From a virus (taxonomy: Duplodnaviria; Caudoviricetes): DNA of 42,228 bases. The stretch is from the IMG/VR virus record IMGVR_UViG_3300048576_000444, positions 1 to 42,228 of that record, one strand, 5' to 3'. Below are positions 36,531 through 42,228 of the stretch, one piece after another. The notes under the pieces were generated by a model. The model had not been told where the DNA came from, searched no databases, and saw nothing but the letters and a program-made list of their open reading frames with translations. Position numbers and translations under genes: made by a program. Every line of letters starts with the position of its first letter. The stretch's first letter is position 1.

Positions 36531-37705
36531 TAGCACACCACGCTCTTTTTTCGCTGCCGCGGCGTCGCGATGCCGTTTCGCTCGGCGATAGCGTGAATCT
36601 CCTTGTTGAACCATCTTCCGTGCGGCCTGGGATGCTTTCCTTCCCGCCGCTCGCGTTCGCGTGCCGATCGCAAGTTAGCGACGAAAATACTCATCTCATC
36701 GCGAATGCGAGCGGCGCCGTCGCCCGACAGCACACCGTGAACCAGCACTAAGTCCGCGGCGAATCCGAATAGCCAATTCTTCGTATCGCTGTCCTTGACC
36801 AGTCCTTTAAGCATGTTGATGAAATTATCCTTGGCCTTCTCGGCCGAGCGTGGGTTCGTGAAATATTCATCGAGCGCGGAGACGCTCGTAGCAAATGCGG
36901 ACTCATCCACGCTCCGCCGCGACTCCTGGAACTCCTGCGATCTCCGTCCGGCTGCAAGAATCGCTTCGAGTTTCGCCGCCTCGGCCACCATCTTCGCCGG
37001 AAACTCCCCGCGGGGAATTTCCGAGCTAGACGGAAAGACAACGTTAGTTACATTGTCTTTATTTTTCATTACACCATTGGGAAGATAATTCTTCCCTCTC
37101 TCATTGTCATTAAGGGGTCGCGGGGAGTTTCCCGCGGGGAGTTCCCCGCGACAAGGATTCACGCGATTTTGCGTGTAATTGGCCGTATTATCCGGCTTTT
37201 TCGCTGCTTGCTCGATCGCGGGGAATTCCCCGCGAGTTTCGTCACGGGGAGTTCCCCGTGGCATCGCGTGGAATTCCCCGTGACTTGCGCCTTCGGCGTC
37301 GCCGCTTACTCCATCACGAGAACAAGCGGGTTGTGCGTTGTTGTTTCGGACGACTTCGTCCCAGTCGTCGTTGCCGATGCCATCGGTCCACATCTCCGGA
37401 AAACGCATCTGCGGATCGGGGACCGCCTCGGCATGCGCCGGGCAGGGGTTATAGACCTCGATCAAAAATTCACCCGTCCTCCGCGTCCGTGCGACGAGGC
37501 GGATAATGCCGATGCGAGCCAGTTTTTCCAGATGCCCACGCAAACTCGAACCGTCGCGACTAAAACGCTCCTGCAAGTGTTTGGCGGTGATGCTAATTCT
37601 CGACGGCCGGCCGCCCGCCAATTCCCATAAAATTCCGAACGTAATTTGCTCGATATTGACATATCGATTCTTTCGCAGCGGCCACAGATCGCTCCAAACA
37701 TCCAT
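36530..37705 (-). CDS. Putative replication initiator (N-terminal wHTH, internal iterons)
   Basis: AKHLQERFSRDGSSLRGHLEKLARIGII; RGEFP-type peptide repeats arise from DNA palindromes. Confidence 0.7.
   Translation of the reverse strand: MDVWSDLWPLRKNRYVNIEQITFGILWELAGGRPSRISITAKHLQERFSRDGSSLRGHLEKLARIGIIRLVARTRRTGEFLIEVYNPCPAHAEAVPDPQMRFPEMWTDGIGNDDWDEVVRNNNAQPACSRDGVSGDAEGASHGEFHAMPRGTPRDETRGEFPAIEQAAKKPDNTANYTQNRVNPCRGELPAGNSPRPLNDNERGKNYLPNGVMKNKDNVTNVVFPSSSEIPRGEFPAKMVAEAAKLEAILAAGRRSQEFQESRRSVDESAFATSVSALDEYFTNPRSAEKAKDNFINMLKGLVKDSDTKNWLFGFAADLVLVHGVLSGDGAARIRDEMSIFVANLRSARERERREGKHPRPHGRWFNKEIHAIAERNGIATPRQRKKSVVC
36998..37282. repeat. Palindromic iteron cluster with AT-rich spacer (putative origin)
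   Basis: CRCGGGGARTTCCCCGYG-type units at 36998-37023, 37117-37152 (two overlapping), 37216-37235, 37243-37260, 37265-37282; AT-rich 37040-37095. Confidence 0.75.
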
Positions 37706-37735
37706 GATGCACGTCCTTGCAGGATCATCTATTTT

Positions 37736-38095
37736 TTAATTCTCCGAAACTTCGCGGCATTCCGGGTGATAAGTGGGATCGTGTCTAAAAACTCCGTGCA
37801 GGAGCGTTACCCTCATCCGCTGCTTGGTGACGGGGCTGTCGTAGCAGACGAATTTCGGCGGCACATTATTCTTGAAGCATTCGTCGCAAAGCACGGCCAC
37901 CGCACCGTCGGCGTTCAGGCCACAGCGAAAACAGCCCCAACCGCTGCCGGCGATCGGAGCGAGCTTGTTGATGTCGATGAAGTTCCTGACGTCCGGTCCG
38001 GTCTTTTCGCAGGCACAGCATGTGCCGAAATCGCGAATGATTTTGATGGGTGCCGGCGGTTTCGCGATCGGCTCCTGATCTAAAACAGTACTCAT
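37736..38095 (-). CDS. Cys-rich Zn-binding hypothetical protein
   Basis: CCAC, CFRC, CDEC; AAAGGA RBS. Confidence 0.65.
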   Translation of the reverse strand: MSTVLDQEPIAKPPAPIKIIRDFGTCCACEKTGPDVRNFIDINKLAPIAGSGWGCFRCGLNADGAVAVLCDECFKNNVPPKFVCYDSPVTKQRMRVTLLHGVFRHDPTYHPECREVSEN

Positions 38096-38132
38096 GTGCT
38101 TCCTTTCGATTGAGAAGTGAAAAGTGATTTCG

Positions 38133-38381
38133 TTATGAGGCGGTCTGCCCTCCACAAAAAACCTTGTCAATCCGCAAAAGCTCGCTCGATCCCTCGGGAT
38201 GCGCTTTGCAAAGGTCGATGAATTCATGCAGGCCATCAATCGCCAGATCGTCAAGCGTGGCGATCCGACCTTGAATGCACACGGCCGCCGCGATCCACCG
38301 CGCGTTGTGTTCGCTTGGCGATGATCCATCTGCCTTGCCGGCGATGACCAGGTTACAAAAGTGGGTAAGGGCTTCGGTCAT
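38133..38381 (-). CDS. Hypothetical protein
   Basis: ATGA-coupled to the upstream gene. Confidence 0.5.
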   Translation of the reverse strand: MTEALTHFCNLVIAGKADGSSPSEHNARWIAAAVCIQGRIATLDDLAIDGLHEFIDLCKAHPEGSSELLRIDKVFCGGQTAS

Positions 38382-38581
38382 TGCGATTTCTCTTCGGGTT
38401 CCTTGCAATGCAGGTGATTTTCGATGAACGCATCTATCGCGGCACATAACACGTTGACGGCCACCGGAAAGCCAAGCATGAGTTTCTCGCCGCAGCGAGT
38501 GCATTCACCCGCCGAGTGAGGGTCGCCGGCACGGCAAACCACCCACGGGCAATCGGGACGCTTTTTTCTATTAGCTGGCAT
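38378..38581 (-). CDS. Small Cys/His-rich hypothetical protein
   Basis: ECTRCG...F...HLHC. Confidence 0.55.
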   Translation of the reverse strand: MPANRKKRPDCPWVVCRAGDPHSAGECTRCGEKLMLGFPVAVNVLCAAIDAFIENHLHCKEPEEKSQ

Positions 38582-38822
38582 GTTCGATTTGAATTCCCAA
38601 GGGCCAGGACATCTTCGGTTCGAGCTCTTTGACTTTTTCCAAAGCCGCTTCATAAGTCGCAAACGGCTCCCGCTGGATCCGCAACCAAAACCGGGGATTG
38701 CCGGGCAGGATCGCCGCGATGAAATACCGATGGTTCACGACGATCGGTTCCAAAGCTGACTGTTTTGGACTGGGAAAATGATTTCCCGCTCGACAGGAGT
38801 TTGTGAAATAAATCGATTTCAT
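38571..38822 (-). CDS. Hypothetical protein
   Basis: ATGA-coupled; 83 aa. Confidence 0.5.
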   Translation of the reverse strand: MKSIYFTNSCRAGNHFPSPKQSALEPIVVNHRYFIAAILPGNPRFWLRIQREPFATYEAALEKVKELEPKMSWPLGIQIEHAS

Positions 38823-39013
38823 TTTCGGTTTTTCGCGTTGGCGATGGCTAGCTCCGCCATCTTGCAAATTTCATCCATCTCCTTAGCGATTTTCCGTATT
38901 TCCCCTTCGCTAAAAATGCGTGATGTGGGGTATTTTTTGTTCCATGCCACGATTGATTCGCACACTTCAACCAACTCAGGATCGGCGGCAAGTTTTTTGG
39001 GATTGGTGCTCAT
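38819..39013 (-). CDS. Hypothetical protein
   Basis: 64 aa helical ORF. Confidence 0.5.
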   Translation of the reverse strand: MSTNPKKLAADPELVEVCESIVAWNKKYPTSRIFSEGEIRKIAKEMDEICKMAELAIANAKNRK

Positions 39014-39020
39014 TTTAAAA

Positions 39021-39170
39021 TTGAAAAATGGTCTCGGCCGGCAGCATTCGCTTGCGTGTCCTTGCGCCTCGGTCTATTTATTCCCTTGACTCCGGAGGTC
39101 AAAGAAAAAGGCTTTTTCTACGACTTTGCCTAGTTGCGGTTCCGCCGCATCGCGGCCGATGACCATTCAA
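39021..39170 (-). ncRNA. Putative structured RNA closed by a long terminal stem
   Basis: AATGGTCATCGGCCG pairs with CGGCCGAGACCATT ~125 nt away; internal hairpins TGCGG/CCGCA, AGAAAAAG/CTTTTTCT, TTGAC/GTCAA. Confidence 0.45.
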
Positions 39171-39194
39171 TCAAACGGTGCTACGTTTTTGTTA

Positions 39195-39274
39195 AGGAGG
39201 CGGAAGGAATCGAACCCTCTCCTCCGATTCCCGGAGTACTCGGGAGTGTCGGTATTCACCTGAACTTCGCCGCC
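39195..39274 (-). ncRNA. tRNA-like element (non-canonical; no assignable anticodon, no encoded CCA)
   Basis: Acceptor GGCGGCG/CGCCTCC (6/7), T-arm GAGGG-TTCGATT-CCTTC, mini D-arm, extended anticodon-position stem. Confidence 0.6.
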
Positions 39275-39415
39275 ATGCCGGTCTCTCCCGGCTTGTCAAG
39301 TTACGACCTAAGGTCGAAAACTTTCGTTCGTACTAGCCGAGGATTGCGAACGTTTTTTTCCCTCGCCTCGGTTGGTTTGCTCTTGTTTTCAAATGCCGGT
39401 CTCGCCCGGCTGTCG
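39275..39415 (-). repeat. Two copies of a hairpin motif GACA(A)GCCGG-GMGAGA-CCGGCAT
   Basis: Copies at 39275-39298 and 39393-39414. Confidence 0.75.
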
Positions 39416-39419
39416 ATCA

Positions 39420-39668
39420 TCATTTTCCGCTAGGACGCTTGTCGAGCCCCTTTTCTTTGAGGATTTCGGCAAGATCATCGATGTGCAAGCAGTCGCACAT
39501 GCACGCGCCAGTCACGTTTGGAGTAGTAGATGCAAGGCTCCCATTGCAATAGTCGTTTCCTAGCTTGGCATCGAACAACACGCCAACATTGAGGAGTTTC
39601 CCACCCTCATAACTCAGTTGGACAATCTTGTCGCCATTCTTCGCTTCACGTCCGTTTCGATAGTGCAT
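39420..39668 (-). CDS. Phage hypothetical protein
   Basis: AAGGAG RBS; MHYRNGREAKNGDKIV...DYCNG...CDCLHIDD. Confidence 0.75.
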   Translation of the reverse strand: MHYRNGREAKNGDKIVQLSYEGGKLLNVGVLFDAKLGNDYCNGSLASTTPNVTGACMCDCLHIDDLAEILKEKGLDKRPSGK

Positions 39669-40340
39669 GTCAACTCCTTTCAAATAATTGTTCTAAATTG
39701 CACCCGGAAAACCGCTCTCAGGATCGTTTTTCGATGAGGTTCCTTTGCGATCGTCGATCACGGAATACCATTTCCTAGATCTAGGCATTGGCATCTACTC
39801 GACCGCCGCGAACCCACGCGGCGTTGTGAAAGCGGTTTTCCCGATGCAATTTTCGGGCAGGGAAAAAATCGGCGAACGCCCTTTATTTGACATGGAGACC
39901 GTGGAATAGATCCAGGTAAAAGAGCGCCGCCGAATACACAAATAAATAGAAAAAGGCGAAAGCCCGCGGCCGTGGCGGGGGCAGGCACCACGAGCACGTC
40001 GAGCTTTCGCCAGGACTCGAAAACAGTAAAAATAGCCGCGGCGTAAATCAATGACGCGAAAACCGCCGCGGCGTAGGGTGTCGCAACCCTGAGAAGCAAC
40101 AAGCTCCTCGGCGAATGTAAGCAGGGAGCGTACAGGCATACAATCGCCGAGAAGTTTGCGGTGAGGGGAAAAAATGCGGCGTGAAGAAATCCTTCCTCCA
40201 CGCCGCGATCGACGTCACCACTGGTTATAAAGGAGATAAAACGGTGTGTCCTTTCTGGGTTAGAAGTGTTGGTTATGGATAAAGCAGCAAGGCAAACGGC
40301 CAATGTTGCTGAAGTCGCGGAAATGCGGGAAAAACGGCCA

Positions 40341-40371
40341 GCGCGCGCATGGTAGTCCACCATGCGCGCGC
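40341..40371. other. Perfect inverted repeat (13-bp arms): terminator or recombinase core site
   Basis: GCGCGCGCATGGT-agtcc-ACCATGCGCGCGC, 12 bp past the recombinase stop. Confidence 0.6.
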
Positions 40372-40383
40372 CCATCGAACGAT

Positions 40384-41259
40384 TCAAAACGGTCTCGGCA
40401 GCCCCTCTATTAGTGCTGGAGGACGAAAGATTTTTTGAGAAATATAGCTCTTCCGCGCGACCGCTGGCGTATGACCAACGGCAGCCGCCGCTTGCTCGAT
40501 GCCTAACTTGCAGGCTGCATGGCTTTCGGCCGTCCGCCGCATGCAATGAAACTTGTGCTTCCGATCGTCCGGCAATCCCGCCAAACGCAACAGCTTGCCC
40601 AGGTGCCTCGTGGCGGTGTCCTTCGTGCCGGGAAATGGCCAAATGTGCTTCCTGGGTACCCAGAGCGATTGTTGAATGATCGAAAGCGTATCGTGATGAA
40701 GCTGCTTGATCTCGTCGCCATGCTTGCCCTTGATGGTTTCTGCTCGACACAACCAGATCCCGGTTTTCAGGTCCAGATCGTCCATCAGCGCTTCCTTGAT
40801 GGCCTCCAGCCGCACGGCCGTATCCCAGCAAATGGCGATCGCTATTTTCCAGCAGAGCGAAATCGGAATCGGGCATCCAGGATAGAAGCCTTCCAAGAGC
40901 GAAGTCGCCTCGTAGAGCGTCGTCACTTCGTCGAGTGTCCAGGCGACGGGATCGCGGTGCGGTTCCTTCTTCTTGCCGATCTTGGGAGGAGGCTCCGTCA
41001 GCCGCATTTCCTTGGCGAATCCCCAGAGCGTCATCAGGTTGCCGCGATGATGATTGGCGGTCGCCGCCGCACGTTTCGCGGCATTCCAACGCAGGTGATC
41101 TAGGATTTTTTCTTCGCTCAGATCGGTGATTTCCGCTTCGCGTCCCAGAAATGCCCGAAAATTGTTGAGCGAGTAATCGAGTAGCCTTACCGACTTCTCT
41201 TCCATTTCCGTCCGCTTTCGCGAATATTCCCGCAGCAAGTCGCGCAGCAGCATGGCCAT
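40384..41259 (-). CDS. Tyrosine recombinase/integrase (copy 2)
   Basis: DTAVR, IKGK, FHCMRRT, VGHT, SYI give a full R-K-HxxR-H-Y set; GGAGG RBS. Confidence 0.9.
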   Translation of the reverse strand: MAMLLRDLLREYSRKRTEMEEKSVRLLDYSLNNFRAFLGREAEITDLSEEKILDHLRWNAAKRAAATANHHRGNLMTLWGFAKEMRLTEPPPKIGKKKEPHRDPVAWTLDEVTTLYEATSLLEGFYPGCPIPISLCWKIAIAICWDTAVRLEAIKEALMDDLDLKTGIWLCRAETIKGKHGDEIKQLHHDTLSIIQQSLWVPRKHIWPFPGTKDTATRHLGKLLRLAGLPDDRKHKFHCMRRTAESHAACKLGIEQAAAAVGHTPAVARKSYISQKIFRPPALIEGLPRPF

Positions 41260-41367
41260 CCTCCACCAACATTTTCTTCCGTTGATTCAAGAAGCCCCGA
41301 TCTGGATGGATGCGGGGCGAGTCAACGCGCCACCCGCCAGGACGGACGTTGACAAGATCGAGAATTG

Positions 41368-42228
41368 CTAACTGGCAGAAAGCCGAGGTAGTGCCTCGAT
41401 AAGTTTCGGTGATTTGAGATAAAGCGGATTGACGTAGTATTTTCTGGCGACGGCTTCGGTGTGGCCGATGGCCTCGGCTGCCCAACTGATACCCATCTTT
41501 GCGGCCGCGTGCGTTTCCGCCGTGCGTCGAATACAATGGAACTTCCGCAAATGATCGCTGGGAAGATCGGCACGTCGAAGCAATTCTTTCGCCCAGTCGT
41601 ACATCGTGTTCTTGTCGAGAGGAAGCGGAACAAGTCGCACTCGTTTCTCGGACAGTGAGGTTTTGAGAAGTGAGATCGTATCGGAATGAAGATGAAAAAC
41701 TCGATCCTCGACTTTGCCTTTCAGATGCTCCGCCGGCACAAACCAGGTTGCTTCCGATAGATTCACATCTTGCAATCGGGCTTTGCGGAGCGTTCCGATT
41801 CGCACTCCCGTATCCCAGAGGATCGAAATTGCAATTTTCTCGATTAGCGGCCGAGGAACACCGCGATAACTGCCGGGGGCCGAATCCGTAGCCCGATAGA
41901 TTCTCCGAATCTCTTCCAGCGTCCAAACCACCGGCAGGCGTTTCGGCTCCTTCCGCTTTCGGATCCGTGGCGGAGGCGGCATTAAACCAGCCTCTTCCGC
42001 AGAATACCAGAGCGTTATCAGATCGCCGCGTTTGTTGTTGATCGTCTTGGGCTTGTACTGTATAACCTCGGCCATCCAGATCATAAATGCGCAGACTGTC
42101 TGCTTGTTTAGATCGGAGAGCGTTGGCGCATGCCCCAGGAACTTCGCGAAGATGCGAATGGTGGCATTCAGATTTTGCTTTGTGCCTTTGGCTATTTCGG
42201 GATGATCCACGAAATAGAACGTAGTCAT
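41368..42228 (-). CDS. Tyrosine recombinase/integrase (copy 1; may begin beyond the window edge)
   Basis: DTGVR, LKGK, FHCIRRT, IGHT, KYY. Confidence 0.9.
   Translation of the reverse strand: MTTFYFVDHPEIAKGTKQNLNATIRIFAKFLGHAPTLSDLNKQTVCAFMIWMAEVIQYKPKTINNKRGDLITLWYSAEEAGLMPPPPRIRKRKEPKRLPVVWTLEEIRRIYRATDSAPGSYRGVPRPLIEKIAISILWDTGVRIGTLRKARLQDVNLSEATWFVPAEHLKGKVEDRVFHLHSDTISLLKTSLSEKRVRLVPLPLDKNTMYDWAKELLRRADLPSDHLRKFHCIRRTAETHAAAKMGISWAAEAIGHTEAVARKYYVNPLYLKSPKLIEALPRLSAS

Larger units (their letters stand above)
1..42228 (-). mobile_element. Lambda-like temperate phage/prophage (siphovirus-type morphogenesis); ends not defined within the window
   Basis: Co-oriented recombinases, replication gene, terminase, lambda-type portal, protease-capsid and tail genes in canonical order. 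Confidence 0.95.

Noticed and set aside
36998-37282. GAGTTCCCCGCG units resembling the start of type I-E CRISPR repeats
   Set aside because: Irregular and overlapping spacing, no uniform spacers, inside an ORF, no cas genes; iterons explain them better
39038-39132. GGCAAA...GGCGCAAG...CTGCCG similarity to a c-di-GMP-I riboswitch
   Set aside because: No GNRA tetraloop/receptor pair and poor P2/P3 pairing; would need an Infernal hit
39195-39274. Calling a canonical tRNA
   Set aside because: Aberrant D and anticodon arms, an acceptor mismatch and no encoded CCA; reported as tRNA-like only
41260-41370. Stop read-through fusing the two in-frame recombinases
   Set aside because: A second in-frame TGA lies in the spacer and copy 2 has its own GGAGG RBS
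39758-41926. 722-aa minus-strand ORF spanning both recombinases
   Set aside because: Alternate frame of two same-frame genes with GC-rich third positions, where stops are rare; R/S/A-rich with no motifs

Overview
The window is almost entirely one lambda-like (GpA terminase, probably cos-packaging) temperate phage or prophage. Every credible gene is on the minus strand. From high to low coordinates: two tandem tyrosine recombinases; a ~700 bp gene-free control region; a structured-RNA cluster with a tRNA-like element; early/replication genes (wHTH initiator with internal palindromic iterons, two ASCH-type proteins, CsrA, radical SAM, two DUF6011-like, DUF1937-like); a Zn-ribbon regulator; an atypical lysis/secreted block (papain-like peptidase, holin-like protein, degenerate GH27 enzyme); a cos-like site, terminase, portal and an S49 protease-scaffold-capsid fusion; a non-contractile tail module with a predicted -1 frameshift; Ser-rich tail-distal proteins; and a terminal glycan cassette (Stealth + GT71 + FkbM triple fusion, then a second glycosyltransferase). 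The best candidate for a new system is phage-encoded virion or surface glycosylation of Ser-rich acceptors. A Planctomycetota-like host is a guess from gene style and 7/9-mer intergenic repeats. All assignments come from motif recognition by eye; no searches were run.
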